Positions 12,548 to 29,419 of a DNA stretch of 64,000 nucleotides are shown here, piece by piece. Within the stretch, counting starts at the first letter, position 1. Each line of letters starts with the position of its first letter. The notes under the pieces are model-generated. The model was not told the DNA's origin. It did not search any database and saw nothing but the letters and a program-made list of their open reading frames with translations. The translations under genes were made by a program, and so were the position numbers. This DNA is from Octopus bimaculoides (taxonomy: Eukaryota), in assembly GCF_001194135.2 (NCBI RefSeq), contig NC_068982.1:22779719-22843718 (forward strand), written 5' to 3'.

Positions 12548-12950
12548 GGACGTTTATAAGAGAGCTCCACAGAAGATTTTGATCTTACCAGGTTTTATTT
12601 AACAGAGAGAAAAAATGCAAAACGAAGAGAAAGGTGCTAGCTACAAACACAGTAGTAACAGATACACTTATAAAGATAATTTTGTAAAAAAACAAAAAAA
12701 AAAAAAATAGAAAACACAAAAAATAAATGAAGATCAAGAAAAAAATTTATGACTTTTGAAAAAGTAGACACTGATGTAGACATCTTAACAAATACTGACA
12801 AAAACACGAATGCATTGCTTTTATAACATTAATAGTAACAAAAGAAACAATACCACATTTACCAGCGTTGCAGGACCGAGGGAAACATTGGATATGAGCC
12901 GGTTCTCGAAAAGACAATAACTTGATTGAAGTATGTCTCAAATGAAAGTG
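12548..12950 (-). mobile_element. Possible decayed Penelope-like element end (GIY-YIG C-terminus)
   Basis: Minus-strand FREPAHIQCFPRSCNAGKCGIVSF resembles the R-x-P...Q...C-x-x-G-x-F-x-I-x-P-F region of PLE endonucleases; hammerhead-like remnant CTGTGGA...AAACGTC at 12548-12578. Weak. Confidence 0.35.
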
Positions 12951-13621
12951 TGTCGTGGCTCAAAGATATAATCGTAGAAAAAGTCAATAACTAAAAAATG
13001 ATATAAATCTGTTTTATTATCAGAAACGGAAGGGGTGTTAGGAACCCTCAAAGCAGCAACGAGAAGAAGCCCTGAATGATGCGTGGCACAATACGTAATC
13101 CATCAAATAGGAAAGCGCGTATAGGAGTGGATGATTGTATTTGATACTAAGAACGAAATGAAACGACAGGTGGAGTGTATGAATCACGTTGATGCTCATA
13201 AAGTCCTGCTGCAATATATGAGTGATTGAGGAATTTGTTGATCCTTGATTCAGCGCCACCTTTTCAGCACGGTACATGTAGGCGGAGAGCGCACTGGAGA
13301 CACACATCATAAATAAGCTGTGTTGACCTCTTCGCCTTGATTCCTTTGACAAAAATCGACGTTTGAATACACTACACTATCCACACATATATCATATATA
13401 TATATGTGTAATAATTTAAATATATGTCAGAACTCTGGTGCATTTCTCACACAAATATATATATACATACACACTTACACGAAGACACACAGACACACAC
13501 ACACACACGCACACACACACACACGCTCACGCATACACATGCACACACACATAATGTTGAAAGCAGGCACTGTGAAGCATATATGTGTATGTGTGTATCT
13601 AAATATGTATATGTATGTATC

Positions 13622-13702
<81 letters not shown>

Positions 13703-13719
13703 CTGTGTGTTTAAGTATG

Positions 13720-16530
<2,811 letters not shown>

Positions 16531-17700
16531 ACTGACTGTATGTGTGTGACTAATTTGGTAGTTATCAATTAGAGTGAATGAGCTTGTAAAGACTCCCAGT
16601 TCTTGGGAGAGGAATGCCATTAATCATAAATTGGCAACCGTTACTATTTTAAAAGATAATGAATCACTGATAATAGAATTCTTAATTATTCGTGGTAGAC
16701 TCAGTTGTGTCCGAGTGCAATAGAGCGTTGTCTAATTCACATATAAATGAAAACAGCTCTCCATTCCACTTAGAGTATGTTTTGTAATAGATTATGATAC
16801 TGTGACATCTCTACATATATTAATAGGAGACACGGTTTGGTTATTTATGTCAGTGTTATCACTAGTGCATCACATCCAATTTTACCGAAGAATAGATGAA
16901 AGCATATTTTACATGGAGATGGTGAATGATCACACATGCAAAATGTTAGTGCCGAAATTCCAACTTTGGAAAGCATTTGAAATAGTTTTCTCATCCAAAA
17001 ATTAGATATAGAAATCTTCAGAATAAAACGAACCATAATCAACAACATGTATTCTAATAGACTAAAACAAGAAACAAGTATATAAGTATATACATGATAT
17101 TGTATTCTATTTAATTGTATTTACAATACAAGTACATAGAATGCAATATTAGGCCTCAGACCTATTAAAAAATACAGAAACTATACATACATATAGGATA
17201 TCTTAAAAAGGAAACACATATTAACAAAAGAAGAAATTAATATTAACGGAGACATCGTAAAACAAAACACAAAAGCAAGCTATTGCGCCTAGTGACAAAA
17301 TTAACACTAATGATGTTCTTCAAGACACTGAAATGAAAAGCTTTGTTATTAATAGTAAACCATACTTGTGAACCCGCGAGCAACCTGCTAATGGCCAATA
17401 TGTTTTTATAAATCCAATTGCAAACATAAAAGTTGTAAACTTAATGAATTTAATTATTATACTTTCTCTGGTTCATCCTATACTTACAGCATGAAGCAAT
17501 AACGATGCACCGAGAGAGAAAAATGTTTCGAGTCAATACATTTATAAACCTAAAGAATTCTACGTAAAAAGTAATGGTGAATGAAAAAATAAACTAGACA
17601 CAAAGAAAAATATATATCTGAATAATGATATAAATTTAACAGCTGATATCTAAATTCTGCCAGTAATATAGCTTCATCAGTCATGTTGGCCCTACCAGCA

Positions 17701-18087
17701 ATGTTGTTGTTGGCACTCCATCGCTTACGACGTCGAGGGTTCCAGTTGATCCGATCAACGGAACAGCCTGCTCGTGAAATGAACGTGCAAGTGGTTGAGC
17801 ACTCCACTGACACATGTACCCTTAACGTAGTTCTCGGGGATATTCAGCATGACACAGTGTGACAAAGCTGACCCTTTGAATTATAGACACAACAGAAACA
17901 GGAAGAAAGAGTGGAGAAAGTTGTGGTGGAAGAGTACAGCAGGGTTCGCCACCATCCCCTGCCGGAGCCTCGCGGAGCTTTAGGTTTTTTCGCTCGATAA
18001 ACACTCACAACGCCCGGTCTGGGAATCGAAATAGCGATCCTATGATCGCGAGTCCGCTGCCCTAACCACTAGGCCATTGCGCCTCCA
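17701..18087 (-). mobile_element. tRNA-derived SINE family B, full length, with TSD
   Basis: Minus-strand head GTGGAGGCGCAATGGCCTAGTGG...TTTCGATTCCC, tail GGAGTGCC(AAC)n. TSD CCCTACCAGCA at 17690-17700 and 18088-18098. Confidence 0.93.
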
Positions 18088-20484
18088 CCCTACCAGCAGT
18101 AAAGAGGTAGTAACAAAATACATAGATATAACTTCATGTTTAAAGACGAGAGTATGAATTTCCAGAAATATTCAGGAGGAATTGAACACGTTACTATACA
18201 ATTAAGACAACCGATAAATTAATATCGAAGATGTTCCTCAGTTTGCAACATCACTGACTAACATAAGAGTTGTATGAAAAATAAAATCTTTGGGTTCCCA
18301 GTATCGATTTGCTGATAATGCAGTTACTACTAGGAAATAATCATAACAATAAATCAATATACACCATTGTGACTCGAAATATTTCACTACCACGCAGAAT
18401 TTTAAATTAATCGGAAACATTTGGTCTCCTGCCACCCAGAATTACGCTAAAACAAAAGAGGTCCCCAAATACTGTGCGTAAATCACATCAGCCGCAACTA
18501 CACAATGACAAAGATTAATGGTTCAGTAGTTTATGGAAATATCATCGACATTTTTGTTGTAACTGGGTGCATGATTCAACTCATAGCAGCAAAGGTGCTC
18601 TTTCGATTTAGAAAACCTCAGTTTCCAGAACACTTAAACCTTTGCTATGTTAAACCTTAAATACTAAAGGCTAACCTCGACAATTGCTGAACTACATTCT
18701 GAAGAATACTACATTGCTAAATAACAGTTTTATGTAGGGTGCTCAAGTACTGGAAGCACCCTTAATCTTTTTATGTTTATTGCTGATAAAAAAAAAACAA
18801 AAAACAAAACAAAAAAACCCACTGAGTCTCATTTGGTGCTGACATTACAACGTTCAGAATTGCTAAGCCTATACTGACTATAGACACAATACCGTATAAG
18901 CTGAAGCTCATCACAAATCTTAATATATAAAGTTTTTTTTTGCAACATGTATAGCAGTTACAATAGCTGGATATGTGGGGGTTTTTTTCGTATGTTCCAC
19001 GGTTTCCAAAAGTAATGGGAATTGTTTTATTTCTTTGGTTGGTTTAACTCTCAAGATTTCGGTTTCTTCTTATTTTTGAAATTGTGTTAAGTATCCAAGT
19101 TTTAAAAAAAAAAAAAACTATTACTATGATTTTCAAGAACGCACTTGAAATGAAATACTTACATGTGCGTAGTCCCCGTGACAGTTAATACACTTGAATT
19201 AGGTATATATATATATATATNNNNNNNNNNNNNNNNNNNNNNNNNNNNNNNNNNNNNNNNNNNNNNNNNNNNNNNNNNNNNNNNNNNNNNNNNNNNNNNN
19301 NNNNNNNNNNNNNNNNNNNNNNNNNNNNNNNNNNNNNNNNNNNNNNNNNNNNNNNNNNNNNNNNNNNNNNNNNNNNNNNNNNNNNNNNNNNNNNNNNNNN
19401 NNNNNNNNNNNNNNNNNNNNNNNNNNNNNNNNNNNNNNNNNNNNNNNNNNNNNNNNNNNNNNNNNNNNNNNNNNNNNNNNNNNNNNNNNNNNNNNNNNNN
19501 NNNNNNNNNNNNNNNNNNNNNNNNNNNNNNNNNNNNNNNNNNNNNNNNNNNNNNNNNNNNNNNNNNNNNNNNNNNNNNNNNNNNNNNNNNNNNNNNNNNN
19601 NNNNNNNNNNNNNNNNNNNNNNNNNNNNNNNNNNNNNNNNNNNNNNNNNNNNNNNNNNNNNNNNNNNNNNNNNNNNNNNNNNNNNNNNNNNNNNNNNNNN
19701 NNNNNNNNNNNNNNNNNNNNNNNNNNNNNNNNNNNNNNNNNNNNNNNNNNNNNNNNNNNNNNNNNNNNNNNNNNNNNNNNNNNNNNNNNNNNNNNNNNNN
19801 NNNNNNNNNNNNNNNNNNNNNNNNNNNNNNNNNNNNNNNGAACATTTCATTTCAGACGAATATATGTACGTAGCTCTTTTGATTCACTGAAGCAAGGGCT
19901 TTGAGACGGTGGAATTTCAACCTTGTTGTGTGTCTCCTCAGGCAAATTTACCCTAGACCAATAAATCTTGCTTATATGATTGAGCAAACAAATTACTTGC
20001 TGCTGCTGGCTTGAATCTAACAATAAAGAATAAGTCGCCATGGGCAGAACAGCGAAGAGTATATTCACGGTGGAATCTGCTGGTAAATATAAAGAATGAA
20101 TATTCATGGCTTCGTTTTGATTCGTTGTTCACTTTACACATAGCAGAAATTAGTAGGTTCCAGTAAATAATTTATTTGCTGAATTCTATAGAAAAGATCT
20201 AAAACTCTTGCGAGGTGCATTGGTTAAGTGTAGCGTTACCTAAAGACACTTGTAACAATGTAGCAACACCGGCGGCTCAAAGTCTCCATATTTCAATAAA
20301 TCGAGTGTGTTAAGAATACATTTTCATTTAGAAGGAGATGCGTTTCTCCAATGACAAAATACAGCAGCGATTAGCATATTCAAGTTCGAATCTGTCGGAA
20401 CTTATACAGAACGAATATGTATGTCATCGTGTGTTTATACATATATGCATGCATGCATACATACATACATACATACATACATAT

Positions 20485-20875
20485 CTCTCATTTTCTTGTT
20501 TCAGTCCTTAGACTGCAGCCATGCTGGGACACTGCCCTGAAGAATTTTACGAGAAAGAATCAACACCTGTACTTATTTTTTAAAGCATGGTACTTATTCT
20601 ACCAGTCTTTGACCGAACCGCTAAGTTGCAGGGACGTAAACACATCAGTAGCGGTTGTCAAGTAGTGGTGACACACACACACACACACGCACACACACAC
20701 ACACACAAAAGACGAATTTCTTTCATTCCCGTCTTTCAAATTAACTCATAAGGCTTTGGTCGATCCGAGCCATAGCAGAAGATATCTGCTCAAGGTTCCA
20801 CGAAGTGGAGTTGAACCTAAGACCATGTTGTTGAGAAGCAAAATTCTTTCCTCACAACCACGTCTGCTCCTAAAC
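20485..20875 (-). mobile_element. SINE family A (older copy)
   Basis: Tail GTTTCAGTC...GCCATGCTGG, GAACCGCTAAG, CA tract, AAGGCTTTGGTCG, head remnant ACCACGTCTGCTCCTA. Confidence 0.85.
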
Positions 20876-21390
20876 ATACACACACATAGATATACTTGCA
20901 TGCTTATACACACAATGCAAACATGCATATACATGAACATATACATATATACATACATACACACATAAGACGTTAGTTAACGGTGAAGTACTTCACAACG
21001 ATACAATCGGTTCTATATATTTGTATATCTCTTCAAAAGATATTTTCACCTTTTTTACTTTTGAGGAGATAGGGAAATTTATTGAAACAACTGTACGGTT
21101 GCCATGTATTACTTATTTAACAGAAGAAATGTTGATTCAAGATATACAACGTGATGGGTAAATTTTTAAGTTATAGGCTTATTCCATATCTTCTCAAGAT
21201 TTATCAGCAATGAATAAATGCATTCCCGTTTATTTCAAATGATTGAGTTTCTTCTTGTAAGTGAGAAGGAGGATTCTAATAAAGATAGAAAGCTCCATTG
21301 TTGGAATGAAGATAACCAAATTAATATCACATCGTGAACTAAAGAAATTCTATGTATGTATGTATGTATGTATGTATGTATGTATGTACG

Positions 21391-21818
21391 TCATTGTTCA
21401 GTTTTATTTCAAGATTTCTTGCCAATAGAGAAAAGACAGTTTCTAATCTAGATCCAAGGTTCCTTCATTGGAATTTCAACATCAACAATAGGGTATTTTT
21501 GTTTGTATGTATGTGCAGATTTGTATGTTTTATGTATGCATTCTAATGCATATAGTTGCATATCTAGACATGCTCATATATATTTAAATGATAAACTGCA
21601 AAATTTTACAGGTTTTTACAGTTCCAGTGATGGATTGGATCTGTAGTCTTCGAATTATCTTTTTCCTTTCGGATTTTGAGAAGCCTAATTTCTCAAGATT
21701 GGTATTTAGGTAGTGTGTTACATATCCCAGGGCCCCAATAATTATCGGTATAAACCTGAACTTGTAATCCGGATAGAGTAACTGCAGATTTCTCAATAGT
21801 TCAGCGTAGGTGTTCTCT
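21391..21818 (-). mobile_element. 5'-truncated R4/Dong-like (RLE) non-LTR retrotransposon: ORF C-terminus plus 3' UTR
   Basis: ENTYAELLRNLQLLYPDYKFRFIPIIIGALGYVTHYLNTNLEKLGF...LQIQSITGTVKTCK matches the K-Y..L...P.IIGALG...GT.K tail of R4-clade RLE domains; flanked on both sides by (TATG)n. Confidence 0.75.
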
Positions 21819-21891
21819 GTATGTATGTATGTATGTATGTATGTATGTATGTATGTATGTATGTATGTATGCACGCATGCATGCATGTATG

Positions 21892-22257
21892 TTATCAATC
21901 AGTTTCATTTCTGTATTTCTTGTCCATAGAGAAAAAGCCGGACTCTAACATAGATTCAAGGCTCCTTCATTGGAACTTTTATCAACATCATCTAGGTATT
22001 TGTGCATATGTGTGTGTTTGTGTGTGCAGTATTTGGTGTTAGTGTATGTGCAGATTTGTATGTTTGTTTTAGGGATGCGTTTTTATGTATATATTTTCAT
22101 GTCATGGCGTATGCATATGTATTTATGCGCAGATTTGTATGTTTGTTTTATGGATGCGTTTTTATGTATATATTTTCACGTCTAGATGCATGCATATGTA
22201 TTTATGTGCTAAATTTTTGGAAAGTTTTACAAATCTTTACAGTTCCATTGAGATGCA
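21892..22257 (-). mobile_element. Second, shorter copy of the R4-like LINE end
   Basis: Encodes NGTVKICKTFQKF; 3' UTR matches 21391-21500; internal 79-bp tandem duplication (22050-22208); (TATG)n on both sides. Confidence 0.75.
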
Positions 22258-22454
22258 TGTATGTATGTATGTATGTATGTATTATGCATGTATGTGTGTA
22301 TGTATGTGTGTATGTGTGAATGTATGTATATATATGTATGTATGTATGTCTGTATGTATTTATGCATGTATGTATGTATGTATGCATGCTTGTATGTTTT
22401 TGTCAGGTCAGTTTTGAGCGCACTGGTAACAAGTAATCCAGTGCAACCTGCTAC

Positions 22455-23299
22455 ATAGCCGGGTTTCGCGACTAAAATGGCAGCCCCGCTAAGTTTGGTT
22501 AGTAGGGAGGGGTGATTTCAATACCATGCAGGATGAAAAACAAAGCCTGCCAAATGAGAAAAACCAAAGCATGTTCAGTTGGAGCGGATGCTTGAGTTTG
22601 TTCAAAAGCTTCATCGCCCGGTTTTTGATGGCTTGGTATAAAAACTGGCCCTTTCTAACCTTGTATGAAGAATACCAAATGTCTTCATGCATTACATACC
22701 TAATAAGAAACTCATACACTCCCTGGCGAGGGACCTGACAGATTTGAAGGGATTGTTGTCAATCAGGGCCTGGATCTCAAAAACAAATTCAAGAGTCCTT
22801 TTCTTATCAGAACGATCAAAAGGTGTTTTCTGAGCTGCCGTACCTTCATAATCACCATTAGACTCCTCCAACTCTTTCCGAATCCTCTACACTGTCCTCA
22901 CATTGCCACCCAAACACTCTGAAATGCTCGCATTGAAGCTTCCGGAGCGAATGCCAAGCAGTGCAACATGCCGTTTCCAAACGCCTGGCAAAGTGAATTG
23001 CGTTATGATGCGGTTTTTCTCAAAGACAGTGCCGAACTGACCCTACAATATTGTATTATTGACAAAAGCAAAAACAACGAAAGCGAATGTGCGAAATATA
23101 TAATATAAAATGGTATCAATTTACCCACCACACTTGTAATATATACATATATATATATATATATAGATAATAATAAATGGAGCAAAACGCATGTCGATGA
23201 AATGTATCACTCTCAAAATGTATCAATTTAAATCGGTATATCAACCTGTAAAACGGTTGGGATATCTTGTTTTTTAGTGTAATTTTGCTACCCCTGGTA
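22455..23299 (-). mobile_element. Decayed Tc1/mariner-superfamily transposon, DD37D/maT-like, internally deleted
   Basis: WKRHVALLGIRSGSFNASISECLGGNVRTV*RIRKELEESNGDYEG, then EFLIRYVMHEDIWYSSYKVRKGQFL...KLLNKLKHPLQLNMLWFFS, truncated just before the first catalytic D. Possible terminus TACCAGGGGTAGCAAAA at 23283-23299; ends uncertain. Confidence 0.75.
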
Positions 23300-23363
23300 A
23301 CTATTAACGTATTCAAATTATCGAAAGTTTTAATAACTGAGATAATATTAATATATACATAAA

Positions 23364-23401
<38 letters not shown>

Positions 23402-23611
23402 CATACATGTATATGTGCAAAATATATTGGGTCTAAACATTTAATTTAGAAAGATATATAATTATTAAGAATAACACTGCATATACACAATATGTATATA
23501 AAATATATATATTAGTTCCGTGTATCTTATGTACTTTGTACGTTTAAACGTAATCCTGTATCAACTGTGGATGTACTTTCACCTACCAGAAACAAGCTGA
23601 GAATTATACTC

Positions 23612-23683
<72 letters not shown>

Positions 23684-25781
23684 TGTGCGTGCGTGAAAAG
23701 AAGCAGAAATGGGCGGGCATGTGGATAAATGGATATGTAAGTGCATATCTCCATACATATGCGTATACAGCAATATGTATGGACAAGCATACTCATGCGT
23801 ACACATATACATTGGTATGTATGACTTCAAATATTTGCATCCATGAAAAACCCAAACTCATACGCACTTCTAAAGAAGCAAACACACACGCGTATGTATT
23901 TGTACATCCACACTTTTGCATCAGTGTGTTTATGTGTGTGTGTGTGTGTGTGTGTACGTAGATATGTGTGTCTTTGGATATATATATACATACATACATA
24001 CATACATACATACATGCATATATTTGTATATATATATATATATGTGTGCGTGTGTATATACTGTATATATATGTGTGTGTGTGAGTTTATACGTATACCG
24101 GCGCGTGCACATGCACATATGATCGCACATGCGAACGCAAACATGAACATAAGCACATGTATAATTATACATGCACAAAATTTGAGAAGATGTGTGAATG
24201 AGTGCAGAATTTTATATGCTTCAGTGTGTGAATATATATCAATGACTATATGCGTCTATGCTTTATATATATATATATATATATGTAAGTGTGTGTGTGT
24301 GTATATATATACATACATATACATATACATTTATATATTGCATACATGTATATATATATATAACGAAATATATATACACACATATATATATGTATATACA
24401 TCTATCTATCTATCTATCTATCTATCTATNNNNNNNNNNNNNNNNNNNNNNNNNNNNNNNNNNNNNNNNNNNNNNNNNNNNNNNNNNNNNNNNNNNNNNN
24501 NNNNNNNNNNNNNNNNNNNNNNNNNNNNNNNNNNNNNNNNNNNNNNNNNNNNNNNNNNNNNNNNNNNNNNNNNNNNNNNNNNNNNNNNNNNNNNNNNNNN
24601 NNNNNNNNNNNNNNNNNNNNNNNNNNNNNNNNNNNNNNNNNNNNNNNNNNNNNNNNNNNNNNNNNNNNNNNNNNNNNNNNNNNNNNNNNNNNNNNNNNNN
24701 NNNNNNNNNNNNNNNNNNNNNNNNNNNNNNNNNNNNNNNNNNNNNNNNNNNNNNNNNNNNNNNNNNNNNNNNNNNNNNNNNNNNNNNNNNNNNNNNNNNN
24801 NNNNNNNNNNNNNNNNNNNNNNNNNNNNNNNNNNNNNNNNNNNNNNNNNNNNNNNNNNNNNNNNNNNNNNNNNNNNNNNNNNNNNNNNNNNNNNNNNNNN
24901 NNNNNNNNNNNNNNNNNNNNNNNNNNNNNNNNNNNNNNNNNNNNNNNNNNNNNNNNNNNNNNNNNNNNNNNNNNNNNNNNNNNNNNNNNNNNNNNNNNNN
25001 NNNNNNNNNNNNNNNNNNNNNNNNNNNNNNNNNNNNNNNNNNNNNNNNNNNNNNNNNNNNNNNNNNNNNNNNNNNNNNNNNNNNNNNNNNNNNNNNNNNN
25101 NNNNNNNNNNNNNNNNNNNNNNNNNNNNNNNNNNNNNNNNNNNNNNNNNNNNNNNNNNNNNNNNNNNNNNNTAAATGTATATACACATACATTCATACAC
25201 ACACAAACGAGTTTGCGTGCACACACAAACATGCAGTCATACACACACACAGGCATAAGGATGTATGCACTTTTAACGCCCGGCTTTCATTAACGTTATT
25301 GTTAATAGTTACATATATTTCGAAATTAAACAAGATTTTTGTTGTTGTTGTTTAAAGATACTTTTGTAACGAATATAAATCTATGCATCCCTCCTTTACT
25401 CCTAGAATATAATTATCCCTGCATTCTATTAAGAATTATATCCACCCGCCCCACATCACAAACCACTTTCTTCAGATAATAAGGTTAGAACCCTTCCCCT
25501 TCAATAATCCATTCCCATTACTTGTCTCACGAACCTCTGGTTTCTAAATTTTCCTTCCCGATTTTCATTGGTATTCTTTCCTTCAACCTCGATCTTCCTG
25601 CTTTATTCTTTTGGATGGAGAATTGGATGGTTAGATTGTTATGTATGTATGTATGTATGTATGTATGCATGTATGTATGCATGTATGTATGCATGTATAT
25701 ATTTATATATATATATAAGTATATATATATATGTATATATATATATAAGTATATATATGTATGTATATCTATCTATCTATC

Positions 25782-25812
<31 letters not shown>

Positions 25813-26137
25813 CTATCTATCNNNNNNNNNNNNNNNNNNNNNNNNNNNNNNNNNNNNNNNNNNNNNNNNNNNNNNNNNNNNNNNNNNNNNNNNNNNNNNN
25901 NNNNNNNNNNNNNNNNNNNNNNNNNNNNNNNNNNNNNNNNNNNNNNNNNNNNNNNNNNNNNNNNNNNNNNNNNNNNNNNNNNNNNNNNNNNNNNNNNNNN
26001 NNNNNNNNNNNNNNNNNNNNNNNNNNNNNNNNNNNNNNNNNNNNNNNNNNNNNNNNNNNNNNNNNNNNNNNNNNNNNNNNNNNNNNNNNNNNNNNNNNNN
26101 NNNNNNNNNNNNNNNNNNNNNNNNNNNNNNNNNNNNN

Positions 26138-26220
<83 letters not shown>

Positions 26221-26510
26221 AATATATATAATATATGTATATATATATATACACACGCACGTAACCGTGCACATTTCTGTACACAAGCATATATGCTTAT
26301 ACATTATATATACATACATGAATCACACCTGAATTCCCACACGCATACACACACGCATGTACTTATCTCTCTGATATATATCTATATCCATTCATCTAAC
26401 TTAGTTATACTCACACATGTATACTTATACATACTCACACGTAATATATATAAACATATGTACATATAACAACACTAACATAAATACACACACACACACG
26501 CATATATATG

Positions 26511-26561
<51 letters not shown>

Positions 26562-26706
26562 NNNNNNNNNNNNNNNNNNNNNNNNNNNNNNNNNNNNNNN
26601 NNNNNNNNNNNNNNNNNNNNNNNNNNNNNNNNNNNNNNNNNNNNNNNNNNNNNNNNNNNNNNNNNNNNNNNNNNNNNNNNNNNNNNNNNNNNNNNNNNNN
26701 NNNNNN

Positions 26707-26742
<36 letters not shown>

Positions 26743-26883
26743 CACACACACACATATACACACACATTCACACACATACACTTATGTATATCCTTATAAA
26801 TACATGGATACACAAACCTACCAGATCTATTCAAACACACATCTATACACACATTATTACACACACACACACACACGACCAAT

Positions 26884-27110
26884 GGCGGCGTGGTGGCCGA
26901 AACGTTAGCACGCCGGGCGAAATGCTTAGCGGTATTTCATCTGCCGCTACGTTGTGAGTTCAAATTCCGCCTGTGAAGGACGATTTTGCCTTTCATCCTT
27001 TCGGGGGTCGATGAAATAAATACCAGTTGCGCACTGGTGTCGATATAATTGACTAATCCCCCTTCCCCCACCAAATTTTCGAGGCCTTGTTCTTTGAGTA
27101 GAAATATTTA
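26884..27110 (+). mobile_element. SINE family D
   Basis: GGCGGCGTGGTGGCCGAAACGTTAGCACGCCGGGCG...GAGTTCAAATTCC...CTTTCATCCTTTCGGGGGTCGAT. Confidence 0.88.
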
Positions 27111-27774
27111 TTATACATAAAGCCAGTTATTGCTCATTTCATTGTAACTTAATGTATTTTCTTTTATTCTTATTACTCCATACGTTTCAGAAAATCTCGA
27201 TCTTTCTCTCTCTTGCTTCCGTCTCTCTCTTTCTACTTCTTCTCTTTCTCTCTGTTTCTCTCCCCTCTCTCTCCTACGTTTTCGTTTCATTTTGACATTG
27301 AAAACAACGAGGTTCCCTCCTCTCACTCTCCCTTATTCACACCAAAACTCGAATTCATTCAGTCTCGGTCTTGTACCATCTTTCAATCCCTGCTATCTCT
27401 TTACATGTCTCTCTAATAATCCCATCCACACACACACAAACACACAACTTCTCCATTTTCACTTCTTCCTCCCCCTTTTCTGTTTTCCTGCAAGCATCTT
27501 TTCCTCTCCCTTCCTCCTTTAATCTCACTTTCTATAGCTTTAATATAGTGATTTCTCTTTCATTTTTTTTCCTTCTTCATTTATTCATATTCCTTCTCTC
27601 TCTTCTTCCCTCCATCTTCTAACCATTTCTCTCAGTCTCACTTTCTCTATCTTTCTAACTACTTGCTCTTTTTCAGATTGAATTTTCCTAATCGTTCTTC
27701 CTCTTTTCCCTACAACATATATGCCTACTCAAGCAGCCACAAATACATACCCACACACATACACAAACAAATAC

Positions 27775-27812
<38 letters not shown>

Positions 27813-27822
27813 NNNNNNNNNN

Positions 27823-27868
<46 letters not shown>

Positions 27869-29419
27869 AAACAGACACACACACACACACACATAAACAC
27901 ACACACTTACACATAAACACACACAAACCATACCATTTGGTATATACACCATACCATCTCCCCTTCTTTGTAAATCTCTCACTCCCTTACAACTTGTTCC
28001 CGTTCCTTCCTTCACTCAATCATTCACTCACTCGCTCACTCACTCACTCACACTTATCCAGTCTCTCCAAATTCCTGTCAGTCAAGCCAACACTTCATTC
28101 CTACTTAGTCACACCCTTATGTGTGATTAACAGACGATGTCCAACTTAGGCAGTTCCATCGCATCATATGTAATTAACGGAAGGTGTGGGAGACTGGGGA
28201 TGCAGCCAAAAAGAAAAACAAAAAAAAACAACAACCTAAAAATCAAATAACAACAATATTATCATCAAAAACAGCAGCAACATATCAATAATGACAACCA
28301 AGAACCGATGCTTTCGTTACAGACACACGCACTTGTGTATCAACCAGAAAGAGCTCAGACACACAGACAAACAGACAGATGATTGGACGGGAATATAGAC
28401 AGAGATATAGATAGATAGGATGTACGTGATAATTGAAATAGATTTAAATAATTAATTTATTAGTTAATTAAANNNNNNNNNNNNNNNNNNNNNNNNNNNN
28501 NNNNNNNNNNNNNNNNNNNNNNNNNNNNNNNNNNNNNNNNNNNNNNNNNNNNNNNNNNNNNNNNNNNNNNNNNNNNNNNNNNNNNNNNNNNNNNNNNNNN
28601 NNNNNNNNNNNNNNNNNNNNNNNNNNNNNNNNNNNNNNNNNNNNNNNNNNNNNNNNNNNNNNNNNNNNNNNNNNNNNNNNNNNNNNNNNNNNNNNNNNNN
28701 NNNNNNNNNNNNNNNNNNNNNNNNNNNNNNNNNNNNNNNNNNNNNNNNNNNNNNNNNNNNNNNNNNNNNNNNNNNNNNNNNNNNNNNNNNNNNNNNNNNN
28801 NNNNNNNNNNNNNNNNNNNNNNNNNNNNNNNNNNNNNNNNNNNNNNNNNNNNNNNNNNNNNNNNNNNNNNNNNNNNNNNNNNNNNNNNNNNNNNNNNNNN
28901 NNNNNNNNNNNNNNNNNNNNNNNNNNNNNNNNNNNNNNNNNNNNNNNNNNNNNNNNNNNNNNNNNNNNNNNNNNNNNNNNNNNNNNNNNNNNNNNNNNNN
29001 NNNNNNNNNNNNNNNNNNNNNNNNNNNNNNNNNNNNNNNNNNNNNNNNNNNNNNNNNNNNNNNNNNNNNNNNNNNNNNNNNNNNNNNNNNNNNNNNNNNN
29101 NNNNNNNNNNNNNNNNNNNNNNNNNNNNNNNNNNNNNNNNNNNNNNNNNNNNNNNNNNNNNNNNNNNNNNNNNNNNNNNNNNNNNNNNNNNNNNNNNNNN
29201 NNNNNNNNNNNNNNNNNNNNNNNNNNNNNNNNNNNNNNNNNNNNNNNNNNNNNNNNNNNNNNNNNNNNNNNNNNNNNNNNNNNNNNNNNNNNNTATATAT
29301 ATATATATATATATGTAGTCAATTTAAAAAACGTAGAGAAAAGAGAAAAGTAAAAAGCAAACGTATGGACGTAGCACAAGTGATGTATTAAGACGCTCAG
29401 AGAAGGATAGAGAAGCAAA

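Noticed and set aside
17050-17600. Possible second Penelope remnant on the + strand
   Set aside because: Only fragmentary resemblance (ANGQY, YKPK) across frameshifts; too weak to call.
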